DNA of 38,759 bases from Escherichia coli (GCF_003334255.1 NZ_QOWU01000056.1), one strand, 5' to 3'; shown: positions 10,432-25,990, numbered from the stretch's first letter. The notes: generated from the letters alone by a model not told the origin. Program-made: numbers and translations.

Positions 10432-11928
10432 ATGGCTCACCCTCATTTATTAGCGGAAAGAATTTCCCGCCTGAGCAGTTCGTTGGAAAAGGGGCTTTAT
10501 GAACGTAGCCACGCCATCCGCTTGTGTTTATTAGCGGCATTAAGTGGTGAAAGTGTGTTCCTCCTTGGCCCGCCAGGTATTGCCAAAAGTTTGATCGCCC
10601 GGCGCTTAAAATTCGCCTTTCAGAATGCCCGCGCGTTTGAATATCTGATGACCCGCTTCTCCACGCCGGAAGAAGTTTTTGGTCCCCTTTCTATTCAGGC
10701 GCTAAAAGATGAAGGGCGCTATGAACGTTTAACCAGCGGTTACCTGCCGGAAGCAGAAATTGTCTTTCTGGATGAGATCTGGAAAGCGGGCCCGGCAATT
10801 CTTAATACCTTGCTCACCGCCATTAACGAGCGCCAGTTCCGCAACGGTGCACACGTAGAAAAAATCCCGATGCGTCTGCTGGTGGCGGCCTCCAACGAGC
10901 TGCCGGAAGCAGACAGCAGTCTGGAAGCGTTATATGACCGCATGCTGATTCGTCTGTGGTTAGATAAAGTGCAGGATAAAGCGAATTTCCGCTCCATGCT
11001 GACCAGTCAACAGGATGAAAACGACAATCCGGTTCCTGATGCCTTGCAGGTCACAGATGAAGAATATGAACGCTGGCAGAAAGAGATTGGTGAAATTACG
11101 CTGCCCGATCATGTATTTGAGCTGATTTTTATGCTGCGCCAGCAACTGGATAAATTACCGGATGCGCCTTATGTCTCGGATCGTCGCTGGAAAAAAGCGA
11201 TCCGATTATTGCAGGCCAGCGCCTTTTTTAGCGGTCGCAGTGCTGTTGCCCCGGTAGATCTCATTTTGCTGAAAGATTGCCTGTGGTATGACGCGCAAAG
11301 CCTGAATTTGATACAACAACAAATTGATGTATTGATGACCGGTCACGCCTGGCAACAGCAAGGGATGTTGACTCGCCTTGGCGCGATTGTGCAACGTCAC
11401 CTGCAACTCCAGCAGCAACAAAGCGATAAAACAGCCTTAACGGTAATTCGTCTGGGCGGCATTTTCAGCCGTCGTCAGCAGTATCAACTTCCTGTTAACG
11501 TTACTGCTTCCACTCTGACTCTACTGCTGCAAAAACCGTTAAAACTGCATGATATGGAAGTGGTTCATATCTCCTTTGAGCGTAGCGCGCTGGAACAGTG
11601 GCTGAGCAAAGGTGGTGAAATTCGCGGTAAACTGAACGGTATCGGCTTTGCCCAGAAACTGAATCTGGAAGTTGATAGCGCCCAACATCTTGTCGTTCGC
11701 GATGTAAGTTTACAAGGCAGTACGCTGGCACTTCCCGGTTCATCGGCTGAAGGTCTGCCTGGTGAAATAAAACAACAACTGGAAGAGCTTGAAAGCGACT
11801 GGCGCAAGCAACACGCTTTATTCAGCGAACAGCAAAAATGTCTGTTTATCCCTGGCGACTGGTTAGGTCGCATTGAAGCCAGCCTACAGGATGTCGGTGC
11901 ACAGATTCGCCAGGCACAACAATGCTAA
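10432..11928 (+). CDS. ravA: MoxR-family AAA+ ATPase RavA
   Basis: 498 aa starting [14 protein letters not shown]; Walker A GPPGIAKS; ORF track start is 8 codons upstream. Confidence 0.93.
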
Positions 11929-13373
11929 CGCTGGATACGCTTAATGTGATGCTGGCCGTCAGCGAAGAGGGATTGATCGAAGAGATGATCATCGCACTGC
12001 TGGCCTCACCGCAGCTGGCGGTCTTCTTTGAAAAATTCCCACGCCTGAAGGCGGCAATCACTGATGATGTTCCCCGCTGGCGTGAAGCGCTGCGCAGTCG
12101 GCTGAAAGATGCCCGAGTCCCGCCGGAACTCACCGAAGAGGTGATGTGCTATCAGCAAAGCCAGCTCCTCTCCACGCCACAGTTTATTGTGCAGCTACCA
12201 CAGATCCTGGACTTACTGCATCGTCTGAATTCTCCATGGGCAGAACAAGCCCGACAGTTGGTTGATGCTAACAGCACGATCACTTCAGCGTTACACACGC
12301 TTTTTCTCCAGCGTTGGCGTTTAAGTCTGATCGTGCAAGCAACGACGTTAAATCAACAGCTATTAGAAGAAGAACGCGAACAACTGTTGAGTGAAGTTCA
12401 GGAACGCATGACGCTGAGCGGACAACTTGAACCGATTCTCGCAGATAACAATACTGCAGCTGGTCGTCTGTGGGATATGAGCGCCGGTCAGCTTAAACGT
12501 GGCGACTATCAGTTGATTGTGAAATACGGTGAATTTCTTAACGAACAGCCGGAACTGAAACGCCTGGCAGAGCAGCTGGGGCGTTCTCGGGAAGCCAAAT
12601 CAATACCGCGCAACGATGCGCAGATGGAAACCTTCCGCACCATGGTGCGCGAACCGGCGACGGTTCCTGAGCAGGTTGATGGTCTGCAACAAAGCGATGA
12701 TATTTTACGTCTCCTGCCGCCAGAACTGGCGACACTAGGGATAACGGAACTGGAGTATGAGTTTTACCGTCGGCTGGTGGAAAAACAGTTGCTCACCTAT
12801 CGCCTGCACGGTGAGTCGTGGCGTGAAAAAGTGATCGAACGTCCGGTGGTACATAAAGATTACGATGAACAGCCGCGCGGGCCGTTTATTGTCTGTGTGG
12901 ATACTTCCGGCTCAATGGGCGGCTTTAATGAACAGTGTGCGAAAGCGTTCTGCCTGGCCTTGATGCGCATTGCTCTCGCAGAAAACCGGCGCTGCTATAT
13001 TATGCTATTTTCCACCGAGATCGTCCGTTATGAGCTTTCAGGCCCACAAGGCATCGAACAAGCAATCCGTTTTTTAAGCCAGCAGTTTCGTGGCGGCACC
13101 GATCTTGCCAGTTGTTTTCGCGCCATTATGGAACGCTTGCAAAGCAGGGAATGGTTTGATGCCGATGCGGTGGTGATTTCTGATTTTATCGCTCAGCGGT
13201 TGCCTGACGACGTGACGAGTAAAGTGAAAGAGCTGCAGCGGGTACATCAGCATCGCTTTCATGCCGTGGCGATGTCGGCACACGGCAAACCCGGCATCAT
13301 GCGCATTTTCGATCATATCTGGCGCTTTGATACCGGGATGCGAAGCCGCCTGCTCAGACGCTGGCGGCGATAA
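11922..13373 (+). CDS. viaA: VWA-domain protein ViaA
   Basis: 483-aa ORF overlapping the ravA stop by 7 nt; C-terminal VWA MIDAS-like motif (DTSGSM). Confidence 0.93.
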
Positions 13374-13377
13374 ATTA

Positions 13378-14370
13378 TTACAGCAGAGAAGGGACGCTCT
13401 CGCGAACAGCAGCTGGCCATACTCCACACTGAACCTGGCCGATATGCGGCAGTTGCAGCAGCAGCATAGTCAAACGAGACTGGCCGATACCGCCGCCGAT
13501 GGTCTGCGGCATTTCACCGCGCAGCAGCGCCTGATGCCACTCCAGCTCCAGGCGATCTTCGTCACCGGTCAGCGCCAGTTGATGCTTCAGCGTGTCGGCA
13601 TCTACACGGATCCCCATGGAGGAAAGCTCAAACGCATCTTCCAGTACCGGGTTCCACACCAGAATATCGCCGTTCAGACCCGCATGGCCCAGCTCTGACG
13701 GGGTGCTCCAGTCATCATAATCCGGTGCGCGCACGTCGTGGCGATGACCATCGCTCAGCTTGCCGCCAATCCCGACAAGGAATACCGCGCCAAGATCTTT
13801 CGCTATCGCCCGCTCACGCCCTTTGGCATCAAGATCCGGATAACGAGACAGTAACTCCTGGCTGTGTACGAAGTGGATCTGATCCGGCAGGAACGGTGCC
13901 AGGCCAAACTCTTCGCTAACCGCAGCTTCGGTTGCTTTAATTCCCGCCCAGATCGCCTCTACCGTGCTTTTCAGAGTCGAGAATTGACGCTCACCGTCGC
14001 CCATTACGCGTTCCCAGTCCCACTGGTCAACATAGACCGAGTGCAACGGAGAAAGACGGTCTTCATCGGGGCGAAGGGCTTTCATGTGCGTGTACAGCCC
14101 TTCGCCCGCGCTGAAGTCGTGTTGCCCTAAGGTCTGACGTTTCCACTTCGCCAGTGAATGAACCACTTCGAACTGGGCATCAGGCAGAGCTTTCACTTTT
14201 ACCTGCACCGCTTTTTCACAGCCCGACAAGTTATCCTGCGTGCCATCCCCCACACGGCTAAGAATCGGCGCCTGGACTTCGATCAGCCCCAGACGTTCTT
14301 CCAGTTGACGAGAAAAGTGAGATTTCACGAAGCTAATTTGACGTTGTTTGGCAATGTAAGCGGTTTTCAT
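13378..14370 (-). CDS. asnA: aspartate--ammonia ligase (asparagine synthetase A)
   Basis: 330-aa ORF starting [19 protein letters not shown]; divergent from asnC. Confidence 0.95.
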
Positions 14371-14390
14371 TTTTTATACTCCTGCGTCCT

Positions 14391-14410
14391 GTTGCTTATG
14401 ATTAAGCAAC
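14391..14410. promoter_or_regulatory. Inverted repeat GTTGCTTA-TGAT-TAAGCAAC in the asnA/asnC divergent promoter region (candidate AsnC site)
   Basis: Perfect 8-bp arms with a 4-bp spacer read from the sequence; assignment to AsnC is inference from position. Confidence 0.4.
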
Positions 14411-14521
14411 AAAAACCGACACACATGCAATAATCATTCAATAAAAAGCCTAACTCACTTTTGATTCATTAAAAAAGAAGGCTAAAATAGAATGAATCAT
14501 CAATCCGCATAAGAAAATCCT

Positions 14522-14980
14522 ATGGAAAATTATCTGATCGACAATCTGGACCGTGGCATCCTGGAAGCATTAATGGGCAATGCGCGCACCGCTTACGCCG
14601 AACTGGCGAAACAATTTGGCGTCAGTCCGGGGACGATTCACGTTCGAGTAGAGAAAATGAAGCAGGCGGGGATCATTACCGGGGCGCGTATTGATGTCAG
14701 CCCGAAGCAGCTCGGTTATGACGTAGGCTGCTTTATCGGCATTATATTAAAGAGCGCCAAAGACTACCCTTCCGCGCTGGCAAAGCTGGAAAGCCTTGAT
14801 GAAGTCACTGAAGCCTATTACACAACCGGCCACTACAGCATCTTTATAAAAGTGATGTGCCGTTCGATCGACGCTCTCCAGCATGTACTTATCAACAAGA
14901 TCCAAACAATTGATGAAATTCAGTCCACCGAGACATTGATCGTCCTGCAAAACCCGATCATGCGTACCATCAAGCCCTGA
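14522..14980 (+). CDS. asnC: Lrp/AsnC-family transcriptional regulator AsnC
   Basis: 152-aa ORF, Lrp/AsnC-like HTH; divergent from asnA. Confidence 0.95.
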   Translation: MENYLIDNLDRGILEALMGNARTAYAELAKQFGVSPGTIHVRVEKMKQAGIITGARIDVSPKQLGYDVGCFIGIILKSAKDYPSALAKLESLDEVTEAYYTTGHYSIFIKVMCRSIDALQHVLINKIQTIDEIQSTETLIVLQNPIMRTIKP

Positions 14981-15001
14981 TCGGCTTTTTTAATCCCATA
15001 C

Positions 15002-15041
15002 TTTTCCACAGGTAGATCCCAACGCGTTCACAGCGTACAAT
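15002..15041 (+). promoter_or_regulatory. mioC promoter with DnaA box (TTTTCCACA, 15002..15010) and -10 TACAAT (15036..15041)
   Basis: DnaA-box-like 9-mer and -10 hexamer read from the sequence upstream of mioC; DnaA-regulated mioC transcription into oriC is established knowledge. Confidence 0.6.
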
Positions 15042-15069
15042 ACGCCACTCTTAATAAAGGTGGCGGTTT

Positions 15070-15513
15070 ATGGCAGATATCACTCTTATCAGCGGCAGCA
15101 CCCTCGGCGGTGCCGAATATGTAGCAGAACACCTGGCTGAAAAGCTGGAAGAGGCGGGTTTTACCACCGAAACGCTGCACGGTCCGCTGTTAGAAGATTT
15201 ACCTGCCTCAGGGATCTGGCTGGTTATCAGCTCCACCCACGGTGCCGGAGATATTCCGGACAACCTTTCTCCTTTCTATGAAGCATTGCAGGAACAGAAG
15301 CCCGATCTTTCTGCAGTCCGCTTTGGCGCAATCGGTATTGGCAGTCGTGAATATGACACCTTTTGTGGGGCTATCGATAAACTCGAGGCAGAACTCAAAA
15401 ATTCCGGTGCAAAACAGACAGGCGAAACACTGAAGATCAACATTCTTGATCACGACATTCCGGAAGATCCGGCAGAAGAATGGCTGGGATCGTGGGTTAA
15501 TTTACTCAAATAA
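15070..15513 (+). CDS. mioC: flavodoxin-like FMN-binding protein MioC
   Basis: 147-aa ORF immediately flanking oriC, transcribed toward it. Confidence 0.95.
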   Translation: MADITLISGSTLGGAEYVAEHLAEKLEEAGFTTETLHGPLLEDLPASGIWLVISSTHGAGDIPDNLSPFYEALQEQKPDLSAVRFGAIGIGSREYDTFCGAIDKLEAELKNSGAKQTGETLKINILDHDIPEDPAEEWLGSWVNLLK

Positions 15514-15529
15514 GTATACAGATCGTGCG

Positions 15530-15805
15530 ATCTACTGTGGATAACTCTGTCAGGAAGCTTGGATCAACCGGTAGTTATCCAAAGAACAACTGTTGTTCAG
15601 TTTTTGAGTTGTGTATAACCCCTCATTCTGATCCCAGCTTATACGGTCCAGGATCACCGATCATTCACAGTTAATGATCCTTTCCAGGTTGTTGATCTTA
15701 AAAGCCGGATCCTTGTTATCCACAGGGCAGTGCGATCCTAATAAGAGATCACAATAGAACAGATCTCTAAATAAATAGATCTTCTTTTTAATACCCAGGA
15801 TCCCA
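15530..15805. other. oriC: chromosomal replication origin oriC
   Basis: DnaA boxes R4 (15536..15544, TGTGGATAA), R3 (15575..15583, TTATCCAAA), R2 (15610..15618, TGTGTATAA), R5/M (15661..15669, TCATTCACA), R1 (15716..15724, TTATCCACA); three AT-rich 13-mers at 15738..15750, 15753..15765, 15769..15781; ~14 GATC sites in ~290 bp; BamHI site 15798..15803; mioC/gidA flanks. Confidence 0.97.
15738..15795. repeat. oriC DNA-unwinding element: three tandem 13-mers (GATCTnTTnTTTT family, here on minus strand) plus AT cluster
   Basis: CTAATAAGAGATC / AATAGAACAGATC / AAATAAATAGATC read directly from the sequence. Confidence 0.9.
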
Positions 15806-15891
15806 GGTCTTTCTCAAGCCGACAAAGTTGAGTAGAATCCACGGCCCGGGCTTCAATCCATTTTCATACCGCGTTATGCGAGGCAATCACC

Positions 15892-17781
15892 ATGTTTTAT
15901 CCGGATCCTTTTGACGTCATCATCATTGGCGGGGGTCATGCAGGCACCGAGGCCGCGATGGCCGCGGCGCGTATGGGTCAACAGACTCTGCTTTTGACAC
16001 ACAATATCGACACTCTGGGGCAGATGAGCTGCAACCCGGCGATCGGCGGTATTGGGAAGGGACATCTGGTAAAAGAAGTGGATGCACTCGGCGGTCTGAT
16101 GGCGAAAGCGATCGATCAGGCGGGTATCCAGTTTAGGATACTAAACGCAAGCAAAGGACCGGCGGTTCGCGCTACCCGAGCTCAGGCGGATCGTGTGCTC
16201 TACCGTCAGGCGGTACGTACGGCGCTGGAGAACCAACCGAACCTGATGATCTTCCAGCAGGCGGTTGAAGATCTTATTGTCGAAAACGATCGCGTGGTCG
16301 GTGCTGTTACCCAAATGGGACTGAAGTTCCGTGCCAAAGCCGTCGTGCTCACCGTTGGGACGTTCCTCGACGGTAAAATTCATATCGGTCTGGATAATTA
16401 CAGCGGTGGCCGTGCTGGTGATCCGCCGTCCATTCCGCTTTCTCGCCGTTTGCGTGAACTGCCGCTGCGCGTTGGTCGTCTGAAAACCGGGACACCACCG
16501 CGTATTGATGCTCGAACCATCGACTTTAGCGTACTGGCGCAACAGCATGGCGATAACCCAATGCCGGTATTCTCGTTTATGGGCAATGCGTCCCAGCATC
16601 CCCAGCAGGTGCCGTGTTATATCACTCATACCAACGAGAAAACCCATGATGTGATCCGCAGTAACCTCGATCGTAGCCCAATGTACGCAGGGGTGATCGA
16701 AGGTGTCGGCCCACGCTACTGCCCGTCGATCGAAGACAAAGTCATGCGCTTCGCCGACAGAAATCAGCATCAGATCTTCCTTGAACCGGAAGGACTGACC
16801 TCTAATGAAATTTATCCGAACGGTATCTCCACCAGCCTGCCGTTCGATGTGCAGATGCAAATCGTCCGCTCTATGCAGGGGATGGAAAACGCGAAGATCG
16901 TGCGTCCGGGTTATGCCATTGAGTATGACTTCTTCGATCCTCGCGACCTGAAACCGACGCTGGAGAGCAAGTTTATCCAGGGGCTGTTCTTTGCTGGTCA
17001 GATTAACGGCACTACCGGTTACGAAGAAGCCGCTGCGCAAGGTTTGCTGGCCGGTCTTAACGCTGCCCGTCTGTCTGCTGACAAAGAAGGTTGGGCTCCG
17101 GCACGTTCTCAGGCGTATCTCGGCGTACTAGTTGATGACCTGTGCACTTTAGGAACCAAAGAACCGTATCGTATGTTTACTTCGCGCGCAGAATATCGTC
17201 TGATGCTACGCGAAGATAATGCGGATCTGCGTTTGACTGAAATCGGTCGTGAACTGGGCCTGGTGGATGACGAACGTTGGGCGCGCTTTAACGAGAAACT
17301 TGAGAATATCGAGCATGAGCGTCAGCGTCTGAAATCGACCTGGGTAACCCCGTCGGCGGAAGCTGCAGCCGAAGTGAATGCTCACCTGACTGCGCCGCTT
17401 TCCCGTGAAGCCAGTGGTGAAGATCTGCTGCGTCGTCCGGAAATGACTTATGAAAAATTAACCACGCTGACGCCGTTTGCCCCTGCGTTGACAGACGAAC
17501 AGGCGGCGGAACAGGTTGAGATTCAGGTTAAATACGAAGGTTATATCGCGCGCCAGCAAGATGAGATCGAAAAGCAGCTGCGTAACGAGAACACCCTGCT
17601 ACCCGCGACACTGGATTACCGCCAGGTATCCGGTCTTTCTAACGAAGTGATCGCCAAACTTAACGATCACAAACCAGCCTCTATCGGCCAAGCTTCGCGT
17701 ATTTCTGGCGTCACGCCTGCGGCCATCTCCATTCTGCTGGTGTGGCTGAAAAAACAGGGTATGCTGCGTCGTAGCGCATAA
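15892..17781 (+). CDS. mnmG: tRNA uridine 5-carboxymethylaminomethyl modification enzyme MnmG (GidA)
   Basis: 629-aa ORF starting [22 protein letters not shown] (FAD-binding GxGxxG). Confidence 0.96.
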   Translation: MFYPDPFDVIIIGGGHAGTEAAMAAARMGQQTLLLTHNIDTLGQMSCNPAIGGIGKGHLVKEVDALGGLMAKAIDQAGIQFRILNASKGPAVRATRAQADRVLYRQAVRTALENQPNLMIFQQAVEDLIVENDRVVGAVTQMGLKFRAKAVVLTVGTFLDGKIHIGLDNYSGGRAGDPPSIPLSRRLRELPLRVGRLKTGTPPRIDARTIDFSVLAQQHGDNPMPVFSFMGNASQHPQQVPCYITHTNEKTHDVIRSNLDRSPMYAGVIEGVGPRYCPSIEDKVMRFADRNQHQIFLEPEGLTSNEIYPNGISTSLPFDVQMQIVRSMQGMENAKIVRPGYAIEYDFFDPRDLKPTLESKFIQGLFFAGQINGTTGYEEAAAQGLLAGLNAARLSADKEGWAPARSQAYLGVLVDDLCTLGTKEPYRMFTSRAEYRLMLREDNADLRLTEIGRELGLVDDERWARFNEKLENIEHERQRLKSTWVTPSAEAAAEVNAHLTAPLSREASGEDLLRRPEMTYEKLTTLTPFAPALTDEQAAEQVEIQVKYEGYIARQQDEIEKQLRNENTLLPATLDYRQVSGLSNEVIAKLNDHKPASIGQASRISGVTPAAISILLVWLKKQGMLRRSA

Positions 17782-17844
17782 CGCATTAAAAATGCCTGGT
17801 AAGCACCCGCTTACCAGGCAACGCATCAAGAACAGGTAATCACC

Positions 17845-18468
17845 GTGCTCAACAAACTCTCCTTACTGCTGAAAGACGCAGGTATTTCGCTTACCGATCA
17901 CCAGAAAAACCAGCTTATTGCCTACGTGAATATGCTGCATAAATGGAACAAAGCGTACAACCTGACTTCGGTCCGCGATCCTAATGAGATGCTGGTACGC
18001 CATATTCTCGATAGCATTGTGGTGGCACCGTATCTGCAAGGTGAACGGTTTATCGATGTCGGCACCGGACCAGGACTGCCAGGCATTCCACTCTCTATCG
18101 TGCGTCCTGAAGCCCATTTCACTCTGTTGGATAGCCTTGGTAAACGCGTGCGTTTCCTTCGTCAGGTGCAACATGAGCTTAAACTGGAGAATATTGAACC
18201 AGTACAGAGCAGGGTAGAAGAGTTTCCTTCAGAGCCGCCATTTGATGGCGTAATTAGCCGCGCTTTTGCCTCTCTGAACGATATGGTGAGCTGGTGCCAC
18301 CATCTTCCTGGTGAGCAAGGCCGTTTCTACGCGCTGAAAGGGCAAATGCCGGAAGATGAAATCGCTTTGTTGCCCGAAGAATATCAGGTCGAATCAGTGG
18401 TTAAACTTCAGGTTCCAGCCCTGGATGGCGAACGTCATCTGGTGGTGATTAAAGCAAATAAAATTTAA
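17845..18468 (+). CDS. rsmG: 16S rRNA m7G527 methyltransferase RsmG (GidB)
   Basis: 207-aa ORF (GTG start) with SAM-binding motif [10 protein letters not shown]; downstream of mnmG. Confidence 0.95.
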
Positions 18469-18554
18469 TTTTTATCAAAAAAATCATAAAAAATTGACCG
18501 GTTAGACTGTTAACAACAACCAGGTTTTCTACTGATATAACTGGTTACATTTAA

Positions 18555-18600
18555 CGCCACGTTCACTCTTTTGCATCAACAAGATAACGTGGCTTTTTTT
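18555..18600 (+). terminator. rho-independent terminator after rsmG
   Basis: Stem GCCACGTT (18556..18563) / AACGTGGC (18586..18593) followed by a 7-T run. Confidence 0.65.
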
Positions 18601-18964
18601 GGTAAGCAGAAAATAAGTCATTAGTGAAAATATCAGTCTGCTAAAAATCGGCGCTAAGAACCATCATTGGCTGTTAAAACATTATTAAAAATGTCAATGG
18701 GTGGTTTTTGTTGTGTAAATGTCATTTATTAAAACAGTATCTGTTTTTAGACTGAAATATCATAAACTTGCAAAGGCATCATTTGCCAAGTAAATAAATA
18801 TGCTGTGCGCGAACATGCGCAATATGTGATCTGAAGCACGCTTTATCACCAGTGTTTACGCGTTATTTACAGTTTTTCATGATCGAACAGGGTTAGCAGA
18901 AAAGTCGCAATTGTATGCACTGGAAAAATATTTAAACATTTATTCACCTTTTGGCTACTTATTG

Positions 18965-18992
18965 TTTGAAATCACGGGGGCGCACCGTATAA
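18965..18992 (+). promoter_or_regulatory. atp (unc) operon major promoter upstream of atpI
   Basis: -35 TTGAAA (18965..18970), 16-bp spacer, -10 TATAAT (18987..18992), about 95 bp upstream of atpI. Confidence 0.7.
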
Positions 18993-19084
18993 TTTGACCG
19001 CTTTTTGATGCTTGACTCTAAGCCTTAAAGAAAGTTTTATACGACACGCGGCATACCTCGAAGGGAGCAGGAGTGAAAAACGTG

Positions 19085-20289
<1,205 letters not shown>

Positions 20290-20317
20290 TTTACCAACAC
20301 TACTACGTTTTAACTGA

Positions 20318-20592
<275 letters not shown>

Positions 20593-20636
20593 TAAAGAGC
20601 AATATCAGAACGTTAACTAAATAGAGGCATTGTGCT

Positions 20637-21107
20637 GTGAATCTTAACGCAACAATCCTCGGCCAGGCCATCGCGTTTGTCCTGTTCGTTCTGTTCTGCA
20701 TGAAGTACGTATGGCCGCCATTAATGGCAGCCATCGAAAAACGTCAAAAAGAAATTGCTGACGGCCTTGCTTCCGCAGAACGAGCACATAAGGACCTTGA
20801 CCTTGCAAAGGCCAGCGCGACCGACCAGCTGAAAAAAGCGAAAGCGGAAGCCCAGGTAATCATCGAGCAGGCGAACAAACGCCGCTCGCAGATTCTGGAC
20901 GAAGCGAAAGCTGAGGCAGAACAGGAACGTACTAAAATCGTGGCCCAGGCGCAGGCGGAAATTGAAGCCGAGCGTAAACGTGCCCGTGAAGAGCTGCGTA
21001 AGCAAGTTGCTATCCTGGCTGTTGCTGGCGCCGAGAAGATCATCGAACGTTCCGTGGATGAAGCTGCTAACAGCGACATCGTGGATAAACTTGTCGCTGA
21101 ACTGTAA
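20637..21107 (+). CDS. atpF: F0F1 ATP synthase subunit b
   Basis: 156-aa ORF (GTG start), N-terminal TM helix followed by long charged coiled coil. Confidence 0.96.
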
Positions 21108-21121
21108 GGAGGGAGGGGCTG

Positions 21122-21655
21122 ATGTCTGAATTTATTACGGTAGCTCGCCCCTACGCCAAAGCAGCTTTTGACTTTGCCGTCGAACACCAAAGTGTAGAAC
21201 GCTGGCAGGACATGCTGGCGTTTGCCGCCGAGGTAACCAAAAACGAACAAATGGCAGAGCTTCTCTCTGGCGCGCTTGCGCCAGAAACGCTCGCCGAGTC
21301 GTTTATCGCAGTTTGTGGTGAGCAACTGGACGAAAACGGTCAGAACCTGATTCGGGTTATGGCTGAAAATGGTCGTCTTAACGCGCTCCCGGATGTTCTG
21401 GAGCAGTTTATTCACCTGCGTGCCGTGAGTGAGGCTACCGCTGAGGTAGACGTCATTTCCGCTGCCGCACTGAGTGAACAACAGCTCGCGAAAATTTCTG
21501 CTGCGATGGAAAAACGTCTGTCACGCAAAGTTAAGCTGAATTGCAAAATCGATAAGTCTGTAATGGCAGGCGTTATCATCCGAGCGGGTGATATGGTCAT
21601 TGATGGCAGCGTACGCGGTCGTCTTGAGCGCCTTGCAGACGTCTTGCAGTCTTAA
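21122..21655 (+). CDS. atpH: F0F1 ATP synthase subunit delta
   Basis: 177-aa ORF; operon position. Confidence 0.96.
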
Positions 21656-21667
21656 GGGGACTGGAGC

Positions 21668-23209
21668 ATGCAACTGAATTCCACCGAAATCAGCGAACTG
21701 ATCAAGCAGCGCATTGCTCAGTTCAATGTTGTGAGTGAAGCTCACAACGAAGGTACTATTGTTTCTGTAAGTGACGGTGTTATCCGCATTCACGGCCTGG
21801 CCGATTGTATGCAGGGTGAAATGATCTCCCTGCCGGGTAACCGTTACGCTATCGCACTGAACCTCGAGCGCGACTCTGTAGGTGCGGTTGTTATGGGTCC
21901 GTACGCTGACCTTGCCGAAGGCATGAAAGTTAAGTGTACTGGCCGTATCCTGGAAGTTCCGGTTGGCCGTGGCCTGCTGGGCCGTGTGGTTAACACTCTG
22001 GGTGCACCAATCGACGGTAAAGGTCCGCTGGATCACGACGGCTTCTCTGCTGTAGAAGCAATCGCTCCGGGCGTTATCGAACGTCAGTCCGTAGATCAGC
22101 CGGTACAGACCGGTTATAAAGCCGTTGACTCCATGATCCCAATCGGTCGTGGTCAGCGTGAATTGATCATCGGTGACCGTCAGACAGGTAAAACCGCACT
22201 GGCTATCGATGCCATCATCAACCAGCGCGATTCCGGTATCAAATGTATCTATGTCGCTATCGGCCAGAAAGCGTCCACCATTTCTAACGTGGTACGTAAA
22301 CTGGAAGAGCACGGCGCACTGGCTAACACCATCGTTGTGGTAGCAACCGCGTCTGAATCCGCTGCACTGCAATACCTGGCACCGTATGCCGGTTGCGCAA
22401 TGGGCGAATACTTCCGTGACCGCGGTGAAGATGCGCTGATCATTTACGATGACCTGTCTAAACAGGCTGTTGCTTACCGTCAGATCTCCCTGCTGCTCCG
22501 TCGTCCGCCAGGACGTGAAGCATTCCCGGGCGACGTTTTCTACCTCCACTCTCGTCTGCTGGAGCGTGCTGCACGTGTTAACGCCGAATACGTTGAAGCC
22601 TTCACCAAAGGTGAAGTGAAAGGGAAAACCGGTTCTCTGACCGCACTGCCGATTATCGAAACTCAGGCGGGTGACGTTTCTGCGTTCGTTCCGACCAACG
22701 TAATCTCCATTACCGATGGTCAGATCTTCCTGGAAACCAACCTGTTCAACGCCGGTATTCGTCCTGCGGTTAACCCGGGTATTTCCGTATCCCGTGTTGG
22801 TGGTGCAGCACAGACCAAGATCATGAAAAAACTGTCCGGTGGTATCCGTACCGCTCTGGCACAGTATCGTGAACTGGCAGCGTTCTCTCAGTTTGCATCC
22901 GACCTTGACGATGCAACACGTAAGCAGCTTGACCACGGTCAGAAAGTGACCGAACTGCTGAAACAGAAACAGTATGCGCCGATGTCCGTTGCGCAGCAGT
23001 CTCTGGTTCTGTTCGCAGCAGAACGTGGTTACCTGGCGGATGTTGAACTGTCGAAAATTGGCAGCTTCGAAGCCGCTCTGCTGGCTTACGTCGACCGTGA
23101 TCACGCTCCGTTGATGCAAGAGATCAACCAGACCGGTGGCTACAACGACGAAATCGAAGGCAAGCTGAAAGGCATCCTCGATTCCTTCAAAGCAACCCAA
23201 TCCTGGTAA
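21668..23209 (+). CDS. atpA: F0F1 ATP synthase subunit alpha
   Basis: 513-aa ORF with Walker A GDRQTGKT. Confidence 0.98.
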
Positions 23210-23259
23210 CGTCTGGCGGCTTGCCTTAGGGCAGGCCGCAAGGCATTGAGGAGAAGCTC

Positions 23260-25532
<2,273 letters not shown>

Positions 25533-25552
25533 CGCCTTAATCGGAGGGTGAT

Positions 25553-25972
25553 ATGGCAATGACTTACCACCTGGACGTCGTCAGCGCAGAGCAACAAATG
25601 TTCTCTGGTCTGGTCGAGAAAATCCAGGTAACGGGTAGCGAAGGTGAACTGGGGATCTACCCTGGCCACGCACCGCTGCTCACCGCCATTAAGCCTGGTA
25701 TGATTCGCATCGTGAAACAGCACGGTCACGAAGAGTTTATCTATCTGTCTGGCGGCATTCTTGAAGTGCAGCCTGGCAACGTGACCGTTCTGGCCGACAC
25801 CGCAATTCGCGGCCAGGATCTCGACGAAGCGCGAGCCATGGAAGCGAAACGTAAGGCTGAAGAGCACATTAGCAGCTCTCACGGCGACGTAGATTACGCT
25901 CAGGCGTCTGCGGAACTGGCCAAAGCGATCGCGCAGCTGCGCGTTATCGAGTTGACCAAAAAAGCGATGTAA
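25553..25972 (+). CDS. atpC: F0F1 ATP synthase subunit epsilon
   Basis: 139-aa [22 protein letters not shown]. Confidence 0.97.
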
Positions 25973-25990
25973 CACCGGCTTGAAAAGCAC

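Noticed and set aside
16141-17040. 299-aa minus-strand ORF inside mnmG
   Set aside because: Antisense to a confidently identified conserved gene; no independent support.
20744-21481. 245-aa minus-strand ORF across atpF/atpH
   Set aside because: Antisense shadow ORF; Arg/Ser/Ala-rich low-complexity translation typical of reverse-complemented charged coiled-coil coding sequence.
21521-23200. 559-aa ORF on the minus strand covering atpA
   Set aside because: Exactly antisense to a highly expressed, strongly codon-biased gene; no recognisable motifs or translation signals; classic shadow ORF.
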